Source: the human T2T-CHM13v2.0 reference genome, Homo sapiens
Reading direction: 5' to 3' (one strand)
DNA: 64,000 bases
Assembly (NCBI RefSeq): GCF_009914755.1
Contig: NC_060927.1
A program made the translations under genes and the position numbers. Below, in pieces: positions 29,013 to 45,600 of this stretch (its first letter is position 1; each line of letters begins with the position of its first letter). The notes under the pieces are model-generated. The model saw only the letters and a list, made by a program, of their open reading frames with translations, did no database searches and was not told the DNA's origin.

Positions 29013-31009
29013 GATAAAGATAAAGAAACAGGCAACGTCACCCTCTCTCCAGCCTCGGCTGAAGGCAACAAAGGCCACAGGGCCTGGGATGTATTCCACA
29101 GATGTGTATGAAGTCACTGCTGTATGCCAAGTCTCGTTTCAGGCTCTGGAGATCACAAGAGATCAGTTATTCCAAGGGTATCTTGAGTTAGTGTCTTTCC
29201 TCATCTTGAATTCTAGGGAAATACCCAGTGGACACAACCCTGGTCACAGTTGATTCTGGGCTGATACACAAATAGCATTAGCTCCCTGCCAAAGGCGGTG
29301 GGGCCAGCGGTTCAGCGTCTGCGCGCCTTCCGGGCCGCCTGCTGCCTGTGTGGGGCTGAATGTTCTCCTCAAGGCCATCCTTACCGTTGGGCACTTCCCT
29401 TGGGCTTACACTGCCCTGCCCGAGGCAGCCTGGCAAGGGGCCCCACCCGTCAGGAAGTAATTCCCCTCCAGGAAAGTGAAACACTGTGGCGATACGGCTT
29501 ACGGGTTCCTCACCTCCAGTTCCAGGAAAAACCCAAGACAAACAGACCAGATGCTAGGAATAAGCCTCAACCCACAGCACTTAGAAAGCCGCAGGCTTTG
29601 TGTGTCTTCAGGGAGTGGCTTCACCCTTCTTGGAATCTGTCTTCTGCCAGCGTCACTCATACTGCTGCCACTCCTTCTCCCGAGCCAACAGCACACCTGT
29701 CACCTCGGCACACCTGTGGAGTCACCAGAGGGGCCATCTGGGGAAAACGATGCCTACTGCCACTCGGCCTTCACATCCTGGAGCCCTAACAGACGTGAGG
29801 CAGCTGTGGGCCGTCTCCCACCTGACGTGGTTCAAGGAGAGAAAAGAACTACCTTGATGGGAGATCTCTGGCTGACGTGATGGCAGAGGCTTGACAGAGC
29901 CTTCAAGGACTCAGATGTGGGGAACGTCTCTACCTCAGTGCCAACGCCAGTGCCCTCCTCGTCCCTGGATGGAGACTCCTCCTCTGAGAGAATGTCTTAA
30001 AAACTATCCGTTTTACTCAATGACACACGTGTGTCTTCTCACAGTGATCTTGTCACCTTAAGGTGTCAACAGCCTTCACACTCACTCTAACATCATCCCA
30101 GAAAAGAGACACCAGGAACATTGCAAAAACACCCCAGTGTCACAGCGTCCACCCCGAGAATGTGCCTGGCTCGGCCTCAGGCTCAGAGCCCTCTGCATGT
30201 GGCAGTCCAAGAACTTGGGGCAGGTCAGTGACCATTTCTCCATCTTTGCCTCAGCTCTCCATCCACTCGGTGGCAGTCCCAGAGCTGAAAAGCTCGCAGC
30301 TTCCGAGCAATGGCTCTTACCCCGAGCCCCCGGCCCTGCTACTTCCAAGGCATATAATATCACTCGGTCTCTTCAAATCTCAATTTCCCTGCCTGTGAAA
30401 TGGGGCCGCTGAATCTCGATTTCCCCGCCTGTGAAATGGGGCCGCTATTAACAAGATAAGCTATAAAGCACCACATGAACATGAGCTGTGAACATTTGTA
30501 TTATTCATAGAGTCATAACGTGCCTACGAGAGAAGTAAAAAGAAGCCCCACCTCCCTGGTGTGTTCATCACAAGTCAGCTGACCCTCAGTCACTCGACCC
30601 AGCGCAGATGCGGAGGCTCTCGCTGCTTGCAGAGAGTTTATATTATATTAAACGGATAGTTTAATTCATAAGGTCTGGTAGGAAGAACGTGAATTTATTA
30701 ACCAAAACTAGTAAAGGGGAAGCAGCCAGATTTCTACTTAAAGTAGCTGCTTTAATTTTCAGAGGGGAAAGCCTTGATAAGGAAGGCACGCAAGAATCGG
30801 GCTGAGTCCTGTGTCCGCATGTCTTGTTCTGGTGGCTCTTCTGGGTCCCAGTCCGTCCGGACCTCTGGCTGACATTATTTTAACAAGAGCTGTCTTGAAG
30901 TAATTTCTGGGATTTTGCAGCTGGATTTTCAGATGTGGTTTGTCTCTCTCAAGGTTTTAGCCCCTGCAACTTTTAGGAAGACATATAATTCGATCCTCGC
31001 ACGCAGAGA

Positions 31010-31140
31010 AATGGAAGGGAGTATATACAGACAGTAAGAAAAGGGAGGGAGTGTATACAGATGACAAGAAAAGGGAGGGAGTGTGTACAGACGGTGAGAA
31101 GAGGGAGGGAGTGTGTACAGATCGTGAGAAAAGGGAGGGG
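31010..31140. repeat. 30-bp tandem repeat (gaaaagggagggagtgtgtacagacggtga), ~4 copies
   Basis: Seen directly. Confidence 0.85.
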
Positions 31141-31699
31141 CGTGAAGTCTATTTTTAGGCTGAGGAAAACGGCCTTTGCAGCTGCCTCAAGGTTGTATTT
31201 GGAAACCCAAGAGAAAGGGGAAAACATGTTTAAAATGCATTTTGAATTTAAGCTGCCGGCTACAAAACTGAACAATGTCTCCCGCAGAAACGAGAAATCC
31301 CTTGGCGTGGCCATTTCTTATTACAGAAGCCACCCTGCCACGCACACAGACGCGCTGGAAGTATCTTTCCTCAGTCACAACCAGACGAAGGTCATTCTTG
31401 CCCAGTGGCCTCCCTCTGAGGATTCTGGTTTCTGACATCCGTGTCACAATGGCAATGCCAGTCACCAGTCTCTGACCACTAGACCCACGCCCCCGGGACC
31501 TACGCAGACACCCAGGACCAATGCCAGTCACCAGTCTGTGACCCCAGGACCTACCAGACACCTTCCAGGGCAGGCAGGGCAGGCCATTTTCCAAAGCAAT
31601 TCGAGCTAAGGAGACAGCAGCAGCAACCCTCCCTCCTGGCCCTCAGAGCTGAGGATCAACCCACAGGGGTGCGGTGGAGGCTGAGAGCAGGGGTGTGGT

Positions 31700-32335
31700 G
31701 GAGGCTGAGAGCAGGGGTGCGGAACCCGAGTCAGCAGGGGCAGTGAGGAGGCTGCCGCAGTAGTCAAAGCGACGGGGAGGATGTGGCAAAGCAAACAAGA
31801 GGACGCGATGGGGTGAACACTTGGGAGGAAGATCAACGAGTACTGACTAGGACACGGGGGACAAGGAAGAGAAAGAAATCCAGAGGACCCACAGCTTTCT
31901 GGGCTGGATGTCTGGGGGACTGTTGTTAGCATGAACAGAAGGAAGGAAGAAAGCTTGCAAGGAAAGATTGACCTGGACCTGTTGCATTGCATGAGCTAGG
32001 CAGGAAATCCCTGGGAGGGTGAGGCCAGCATATGGGTGGGAAGTCAGGGAGAAGTACAGATTTGTAAGGCGTGAGAGTAGACGCAGGGTGGCCAGAGAGG
32101 GAGGGGCAGCAGGAGAGGGAAAGGGCTGGAGACATGTCATCTGGGCGTGGAGCGGGGGAGAGAGGTGGCAAGGGGAGTGGAGTGGAGGGCCCGGGAGCGT
32201 GGACGGTGGAGCAGGACCCGTCAGCTTCAATGAGGGTGAGGCTGGGTGGTGGCACGGGGCCGCCGGCCAGGGAGAGCACGTGGAGGGGGGGGCGCAATAC
32301 ACATCTGTCAGATTCATGAATGAATGAATGGATGG
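31700..32335 (+). mobile_element. Degenerate L2 fragment
   Basis: Purine-rich body ending in (tgaa)n tggatgg. Confidence 0.5.
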
Positions 32336-33094
32336 GGCCGAACTGATGAGACGCGTGAGGACTGGAGAAAATCGTTTTTGCTGTTGGGAAGGAGATTCTG
32401 GTAGCTCTGAGGAAAACGGCTTGAGCGAAGTGAGTGAGGTGGGGGCAGAGCGAGCAGTGCGTGGTAAAGAAGAGGCGGCAGGGGAAGCCCGGCTTTCATG
32501 CTGCTGGAGGGACGAGGAGGACACAGACGGATGACAGACTTGTTTTAGGCCAACAGACACCTGAACATGCTCACAGGCAGGAGAGAAGGAGAAAGGCAGA
32601 AAGAACGTCGGAGACACAGAGGCAGAGCAGTGAGCCATCCGGGCAGGAGGGAGCCCCGGGGCCCCGGGGAGGGTGCGGAGAAGGCTCTGGGCATTGAAGG
32701 AGATGAAGGGCACGGCTTTGGTTCTTTCAGTGAAGTAGAAAATGGAGTGTCACGGGGAGAGAAGAGAGAGGAGAGACCTGTTTCTCTCCAATATCAACTC
32801 TTTAGGCGCAAATCTCCCAGCTCTCTGCTCCCCAAGTTTATGCGTTTGGCCAGAGTGAGAACAAGTTTCAGTTGTCTGACAATCTCACGGAATCTGAAGG
32901 GCCTGACTTGCATCCTGGTGAGAGCCAAGGTCAGTTCATTCTGGCCAACACTTGAGCAGCAAGAACAAGGCTATGAGTATTTTTTAGAATAAAACTTGAT
33001 CAAGGCTTCAAATTTCTCTGCCTGACAACTTCAGCGAGATGGTTTTGGCTTACAAACATTGTTAAGAGTGGATACTATCATTTTATTTTAAGGG

Positions 33095-33340
33095 AAGTGT
33101 TTCTGAACGTGGGGTCCACGGACCACCTGCATCAGAATCACTCTGGACATGTGTTAAAATGCTGATGCACCCTCTGCCTTTTGAGAACCACTTTTTTTTT
33201 TTTTTTTTTTTTCAGAGAAGGGGTCTTGAGCTATTGCCCAGGCTGGTCTCAAACTCCTGGCCTCAAGGAATCCTCCCGCCTCTGCCTGTCCGTGCTGGGA
33301 TTTTAGGCATGAGCTACCATGCCCAGCTGAGAACCATTTT
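33095..33340. mobile_element. MER5A-like DNA element with an inserted antisense Alu monomer (33191-33328, TSD tgagaacca)
   Basis: gtggggtccacggaccacctgcatcagaatcac...tgttaaaatgc; direct repeat at 33182 and 33328. Confidence 0.75.
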
Positions 33341-33765
33341 CTTACCAAAAATCATTCTCCATAGTCTCTCCATCCACTAGGATTTCTTTCTTTTTCTTCT
33401 TTGTAAAGATAGGTCATACTTGAACACAGGATTTCTTACCTACAAATAACCTACTCAAGCTTAGTAGATTGAGTTATCTGCAAATTGTTTTCCTAAACAG
33501 CTAAATAATCAATCTATTGCAGGAGTGGCTTCAGAGGTATTGTTTAAATGATGGTGAAAGACAAATGCAATAACTGTAGTTTTGTCGTAACGAATGCTAA
33601 TCTCTTCCTCCTCACAAGCCCAACAGATTGAGAGATTTTGACAGCGCCTTCTCCCCTAGACAATAAAACTATGTCCTCCACATGCAGTGACTCACTTGCC
33701 CTCCTATTTGCGGCAGCAGGAAACTCTAATCAACTTGGCTCAAGATGAGCAAGTTCTCTAAATAA

Positions 33766-34107
<342 letters not shown>

Positions 34108-34189
34108 GATTTTCAGTCGATGCTGTGAAGCAAAGAGCAGCAGGTGAGGGATGGGGCCTGTCCTGGATCATGCCCCTTTGTTCACAGGC

Positions 34190-34789
<600 letters not shown>

Positions 34790-34825
34790 TTAAAGGCTAT
34801 GTCCAATGTTCTATAAGGGCAGGGA

Positions 34826-34843
34826 CACACACACACAGTGTCT

Positions 34844-34882
<39 letters not shown>
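34826..34882. repeat. (CA)n microsatellite
   Basis: Seen directly. Confidence 0.95.
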
Positions 34883-34885
<3 letters not shown>

Positions 34886-35384
34886 GTCACACATACATAC
34901 TAGCAACACACAGAACGGGCATAAAGTAAGATGTATTAAGGAGAAATTGCGAGCAGGGAGCAGTGGAGTCCACATGACCCCCGAGCTCTCATTGCACAGA
35001 GAGGTGGGTATGGTGGACACACAGCAGGATGTGGTACAGGAGAGAGACCTGCTCCTGTTTAACAGAAAATGGGAAGGGTAACAACGCTTCCAGTTGGGGG
35101 AGTGGCTTTGTTAGGAAGGAGGCCACCAGAGCTCAGCAGGGGGAGTTTTTATACAGCACCCTAGATTTTACTATGGAGCTGAGCTCTCCCAGTCCCCCTG
35201 AGCCAGCTCTTGTAGGACTCCAAAAGGGGGAAGCAAGGAACTGCCATCCAAGACATAAAAGATGTGCGTCTTCTCAGGCTATGTTTACGAAGCTAGTATC
35301 TTGAAGAAATGCTCATATCAGGTATGGCTAAAAAGGCAGGATACAAAATTATGTATACTGAATAAGTTAAACTATACATATATA

Positions 35385-35692
35385 TTTTTTAATTTTTAAT
35401 TTTTTTTTTGAGACGGAGTCTCACTCTGTCACCCAGGCAGGAGTGCAGTGGTGCAATCTCGGCTCACTGCAAGCTCCGCCTCCCCGGGTTCACGCCATTC
35501 TCCTGCCTCAGCCTCCCGAGTAGCTGGGACTACAGGCGCCCGCCACCACGCCCGGCTAATTTTTTTGTATTTTTAGTAGAGACGGGGGTTCGCCCTGTTA
35601 GCCAGGATGGTCTCGATCTCCTGACCTCATGATCCGCCCACCTCAGCCTCACAAAGCGCTGGGATTACAGGTGTGAGCCACCACTCCTGGCC
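35385..35692 (-). mobile_element. AluY/Sc with TSD taaactata
   Basis: Antisense Alu; flanking direct repeat. Confidence 0.9.
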
Positions 35693-35799
35693 TAAACTAT
35701 ATATTTTTTAAAGCATAAAAACATCCTGGAAGGAAGCATTGTCTGGTAGCAAGATTATGGGTTTTGATCTTTCAACTATAAATGTTCCCAAATGCACGT

Positions 35800-38400
<2,601 letters not shown>

Positions 38401-39454
38401 TTCTTTTTTCTTCCTGGTCTTTCTAGTCCACCTTTTTTGCTGGCGGTTCCAGCTTTTTGCAGGGAAACTCAGTTCAGTGTCGTGACCGAGGGTCTTGCTT
38501 CCTTTCCTTTTTCAGCCTTTCAGTCAGCACATTTCCAAGGGCATTGACTCACCATCTTAGTTGTTAACTTCTTCACTCCTGAGTGTTTCCCTTTCTTTCT
38601 TCTCATCTCACCTCTGCATTAGAAAACATTTATTACATTTATAACCTGTATTTATCTGGCATCGGCTGGTTTTGCTATTAGAGGCTTATCTCTTCTTCCA
38701 TATTGCTGAAATGGAGCTGTGCCACTTTTATAAAGAACTACAAAAATCTTTACTTTAAAAAAAAGGACGGTGCTGTCATGAAACTTCTGCTGCTGACACT
38801 GATTTTAGCAGAGGTGATGCAGGCTCTGAAAAGATGTTAATTGCCAAGAATTTACACATTCAGAAAGTTTGGCCCCTAGATAGCTCCTGTCTACTCAAAG
38901 CCTGATGATAGACAAATGCTCTTAATTATGTTATCAGGGAAATGAAATAAGGTTAAAAATAACTGCATAGAGAATGTTTTTAAATTTAAACCTTATTTGG
39001 AGAAACCAAGTTTTGCAAATTTTCTCTAGGAGAAAGCAGGCATCGAGTTTAGAGTCCTATCAACAAATCTCAACCTAATTCCAACTAAAGGAAGTTTCCG
39101 TTTAAAGTTGAAGTGGAGTCATTTTGGATTAAGCCAGGGGCCCAGGGACCTCCCAGAGGGCTCTGCGGTTCAGCCCGTGCCTTTGTCCACGTCGGTTTAC
39201 AAGTGTGTCACCAGTAAGCAGTTACTATTAATGAAGTGCAGAAGCTTGCACGTGAGTCACTTTTTTAACAATTAGAGCTGGTTCATAACCATTATCACTC
39301 ACTTGAGAGTCTAAGTTACTGTCTGAAGAAGAGAAGGTGGCGAATTACAGTCAATTCCAGAAAGTGGACTTGAAGCTGAATTCTTCCCTGAGACTTTGTC
39401 TCTCTGAGTATCATCTTGCCAACTATCTAGGAGCACTGAGGTTGAAAAAAAGAG

Positions 39455-39750
39455 TGGGAGCGGTGGCTCACACCTTTAATCCCAGTACTTTGAGAGTCTG
39501 AAGCAGGAGGATCGCTTGAGGCCGGGAGTTCGACACCAGCCTAGGCAACATAGCAAGATTCCACCTCTACAGAAATAAAAAAATTACCCAGGCATGGTTG
39601 TGTGTGCCTGTAGTCCCAGCTACTCAGAAGGCCAATTACACCGCTGAACTTCAGCCTGGGTGACAGAAGACCCTGTCTCTCTTTCTCTCTCTCTCTTTCT
39701 TTCTCTCTCTCTCTCTTTCTTCTCTCTCTCTCTCTCTCTATATATATATG
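39455..39750 (+). mobile_element. Degenerate AluJ followed by a (CT)n(TA)n microsatellite
   Basis: Alu motifs with internal deletion; simple repeat at 39676-39750. Confidence 0.8.
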
Positions 39751-39984
39751 TTTAAAAAGAAAAAAGAAAGAAGTTTGAGAACAGCTAGGGAACTAATGAA
39801 AACCCAAAAGAGTCAGTTTCTAAGAGAAAAAAAAAGGCAAGTTTTCTTGGTTTCTTCTTGGTTCAGAGACTCAGAGGCTAAGGTAATATTCACGAAGATG
39901 GTATGTGGCTAGTGCAGGTGCTGTGAAATATTTTAAACAAAAAAAGCCAATATTTAAACATTCTGCCTGGGAAATATTTTTCTT

Positions 39985-40161
<177 letters not shown>

Positions 40162-40307
40162 TAATTTTTTTTTAAAAAGTGGTTATGGTCAATAATATTA
40201 GCTTCTTGGTAGTCTGTGACCAGGGCAAGAGTATATGCATTTACCCCTTGGGTTTTTTACCAGATTGGCACAGATGTTAACAACGAAAAAGAAAAGTAGA
40301 AATTTAA

Positions 40308-40943
<636 letters not shown>

Positions 40944-40944
40944 T

Positions 40945-42603
40945 AATTTTTCATTTTTTCTTTTTATTTCTTTTCATTTTTTACTTTAAGTTTCAGGATA
41001 CATGTGCAGAACGTGCAGGTTTGTTACACAGGTATATATGTGCCATGGTGGTTTACTGCACCTATCAACCCATCACCTGCATGTATTAGCTATTTATCCT
41101 GACGCTCTTCCTCCCCTTGTCCCATCCCTGACAGGCGCCAGTGTGTGTTGTTCCCCTCTCTGTGTCCATGTGTTCTCATTGTTCAACTCCAACTTATGAG
41201 TGAAAACATGCAGTGTTTGGTTTTCTGTTCCCCTGTTAGTTTGTTGAGGATGATGGCTTTCAGCTTCATCCATGTACCTGCAAAGGACGTGATCCCATTC
41301 CTTTTTCATGGCTGCATAGTATTCCGTGCTGCATATGTACCACATTTTCTTTATCCAGTCTATCACTGATGGACATTTGGGTTGGTTTCATGTCTTTACT
41401 ATTGTAAATAGTGCTGCAGTAAACATACGTGTGCATGTATCTTTATAACAGAATGATTTATATTCCTTTGGGCATATACCCAGTAATGGGATTGCTGGGT
41501 CAAATGGTATTTCTGGTTCTAGATCCTTGAGGAATCGCCACACTGTCTTCCACAATGGTTGAACTGATTTACACTCCCACCAACAGTGTAAAAGCGTTCC
41601 TATTTCACCACAGCCTTGCCAGCATCTGCTGTTTCTTGACTTTTTAATAATTGCCATTCTGAGTGGTGTGAGATGATATCCCTTTGTAGTTTTGATTTGC
41701 ATTTCTCTAATGATCCATGATGATGAGCCTTTTTTCATATGTTTGTTGGTGGCATAAATGCCTTCTTTTGATAAGTGTCTGTTCATATCCTTTGCCTGCT
41801 TTTTGATGGGGTTGTTTATTTTTTTCTTGTAAATTTAAGTTCCTTGTAAATTCTGGATATTAGACCTCTGTCAGATGGTTAGATTGCAAAAATTTTCTCA
41901 TTTTGTAGGTTGCCTGTTTGCTCTGATGATAGTTTCTTTTGCTGTGCAGAGCTCTTTAGTTTAATTAGATCCCATTTGTCAATTTTAGCTTTTGTTGCAA
42001 GTGCTTTTGGAGATTTCATCATAAAATCTTTGCCTATGTCTATGTCCTGAATGGTATTGCCTAGGTTTTCTTCTAGGGTTTTCATGGTTTGGGGTTTTAC
42101 ATGTAAGTCTTTAACCTGCCTTGAGTTAATTTTTGTATAAGGTGTAAGGAAGGGGTCCAGTTTCAGTTTTCTGCATATGGCTAACCAGTTTTCCCAGCAC
42201 CATTTATTGAATAGAGAATCCTTTCACCATTGCCTGCTTTTGTCAGGTTTGTCAAAGATCAGATGGTTGTAGATGTGTGGTCTTATTTCCAAGGTATCTA
42301 TTCTGTTCCATTGGTTTATATGTCAGTTTTGGTACCAGTACCATGCTGTTTTGGTTACTGTAGCCTTGTAGTATAGTTTGAAGTCAGGTAGCCTCCCACT
42401 TTGTTCTTTTTGCTTAGGATTGTCTTGGCTATTTGGGTTCTTTTTTGATTCCATATGAATTTTAAAGTAGTTTGTTCTCATTCTGTGAAGAATGGTAGTT
42501 TTCACATCCTTTGTTAGCTGTATTCCTAGGTATTTTATTCTATTTGTAGCAATTGTGAATAGGAGTTCATTCATGATTTAGCTCTCTGCTTGCCTATTTT
42601 GGT
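40945..42603 (-). mobile_element. 5'-truncated primate L1 (L1PA-type), ~1.65 kb, antisense, abutting exon 2
   Basis: 3' end ttactttaagtttcaggatacatgtgcagaacgtgcagg; ORF2 remnants [46 protein letters not shown]. Confidence 0.96.
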
Positions 42604-42612
42604 TCACTCCAG

Positions 42613-45600
42613 GAACCACAGAGGACACATTAATAACTGGAAGTAAAACTCCTGCCCCAGTCACCTCAACAGGCTCAACAACAGCGACACTAGAGGGACA
42701 ATCAACTGCAGCTTCTTCAAGGACCTCTAATCAGGACATATCAGCTTCATCTCAGAACCACCAGACTAAGAGCACGGAGACCACCAGCAAAGCTCAAACC
42801 GACACCCTCACGCAGATGATGACATCAACTCTTTTTTCTTCCCCAAGTGTACACAATGTGATGGAGACTGTTACGCAGGAGACAGCTCCTCCAGATGAAA
42901 TGACCACATCATTTCCCTCCAGTGTCACCAACACACTCATGATGACATCAAAGACTATAACAATGACAACCTCCACAGACTCCACTCTTGGAAACACAGA
43001 AGAGACATCAACAGCAGGAACTGAAAGTTCTACCCCAGTGACCTCAGCAGTCTCAATAACAGCTGGACAGGAAGGACAATCACGAACAACTTCCTGGAGG
43101 ACCTCTATCCAAGACACATCAGCTTCTTCTCAGAACCACTGGACTCGGAGCACGCAGACCACCAGGGAATCTCAAACCAGCACCCTAACACACAGAACCA
43201 CTTCAACTCCTTCTTTCTCTCCAAGTGTACACAATGTGACAGGGACTGTTTCTCAGAAGACATCTCCTTCAGGTGAAACAGCTACCTCATCCCTCTGTAG
43301 TGTCACAAACACATCCATGATGACATCAGAGAAGATAACAGTGACAACCTCCACAGGCTCCACTCTTGGAAACCCAGGGGAGACATCATCAGTACCTGTT
43401 ACTGGAAGTCTTATGCCAGTCACCTCAGCAGCCTTAGTAACAGTTGATCCAGAAGGACAATCACCAGCAACTTTCTCAAGGACTTCTACTCAGGACACAA
43501 CAGCTTTTTCTAAGAACCACCAGACTCAGAGCGTGGAGACCACCAGAGTATCTCAAATCAACACCCTCAACACCCTCACACCGGTTACAACATCAACTGT
43601 TTTATCCTCACCAAGTGGATTCAACCCAAGTGGAACAGTTTCTCAGGAGACATTCCCTTCTGGTGAAACAACCATCTCATCCCCTTCCAGTGTCAGCAAT
43701 ACATTCCTGGTAACATCAAAGGTGTTCAGAATGCCAATCTCCAGAGACTCTACTCTTGGAAACACAGAGGAGACATCACTATCTGTAAGTGGAACCATTT
43801 CTGCAATCACTTCCAAAGTTTCAACCATATGGTGGTCAGACACTCTGTCAACAGCACTCTCCCCCAGTTCTCTACCTCCAAAAATATCCACAGCTTTCCA
43901 CACCCAGCAGAGTGAAGGTGCAGAGACCACAGGACGGCCTCATGAGAGGAGCTCATTCTCTCCAGGTGTGTCTCAAGAAATATTTACTCTACATGAAACA
44001 ACAACATGGCCTTCCTCATTCTCCAGCAAAGGCCACACAACTTGGTCACAAACAGAACTGCCCTCAACATCAACAGGTGCTGCCACTAGGCTTGTCACAG
44101 GAAATCCATCTACAGGGGCAGCTGGCACTATTCCAAGGGTCCCCTCTAAGGTCTCAGCAATAGGGGAACCAGGAGAGCCCACCACATACTCCTCCCACAG
44201 CACAACTCTCCCAAAAACAACAGGGGCAGGCGCCCAGACACAATGGACACAAGAAACGGGGACCACTGGAGAGGCTCTTCTCAGCAGCCCAAGCTACAGT
44301 GTGACTCAGATGATAAAAACGGCCACATCCCCATCTTCTTCACCTATGCTGGATAGACACACATCACAACAAATTACAACGGCACCATCAACAAATCATT
44401 CAACAATACATTCCACAAGCACCTCTCCTCAGGAATCACCAGCTGTTTCCCAAAGGGGTCACACTCAAGCCCCGCAGACCACACAAGAATCACAAACCAC
44501 GAGGTCCGTCTCCCCCATGACTGACACCAAGACAGTCACCACCCCAGGTTCTTCCTTCACAGCCAGTGGGCACTCGCCCTCAGAAATTGTTCCTCAGGAC
44601 GCACCCACCATAAGTGCAGCAACAACCTTTGCCCCAGCTCCCACCGGGGATGGTCACACAACCCAGGCCCCGACCACAGCACTGCAGGCAGCACCCAGCA
44701 GCCATGATGCCACCCTGGGGCCCTCAGGAGGCACGTCACTTTCCAAAACAGGTGCCCTTACTCTGGCCAACTCTGTAGTGTCAACACCAGGGGGCCCAGA
44801 AGGACAATGGACATCAGCCTCTGCCAGCACCTCACCTGACACAGCAGCAGCCATGACCCATACCCACCAGGCTGAGAGCACAGAGGCCTCTGGACAAACA
44901 CAGACCAGCGAACCGGCCTCCTCAGGGTCACGAACCACCTCAGCGGGCACAGCTACCCCTTCCTCATCCGGGGCGAGTGGCACAACACCTTCAGGAAGCG
45001 AAGGAATATCCACCTCAGGAGAGACGACAAGGTTTTCATCAAACCCCTCCAGGGACAGTCACACAACCCAGTCAACAACCGAATTGCTGTCCGCCTCAGC
45101 CAGTCATGGTGCCATCCCAGTAAGCACAGGAATGGCGTCTTCGATCGTCCCCGGCACCTTTCATCCCACCCTCTCTGAGGCCTCCACTGCAGGGAGACCG
45201 ACAGGACAGTCAAGCCCAACTTCTCCCAGTGCCTCTCCTCAGGAGACAGCCGCCATTTCCCGGATGGCCCAGACTCAGAGGACAAGAACCAGCAGAGGGT
45301 CTGACACTATCAGCCTGGCGTCCCAGGCAACCGACACCTTCTCAACAGTCCCACCCACACCTCCATCGATCACATCCAGTGGGCTTACATCTCCACAAAC
45401 CCAGACCCACACTCTGTCACCTTCAGGGTCTGGTAAAACCTTCACCACGGCCCTCATCAGCAACGCCACCCCTCTTCCTGTCACCTACGCTTCCTCGGCA
45501 TCCACAGGTCACACCACCCCTCTTCATGTCACCGATGCTTCCTCAGTATCCACAGGTCACGCCACCCCTCTTCCTGTCACCGACACTTCCTCAGAATCCA

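Noticed and set aside
41094-42574. L1 ORF2-like ORFs as an active retrotransposon
   Set aside because: 5'-truncated, frameshifted and internally deleted.
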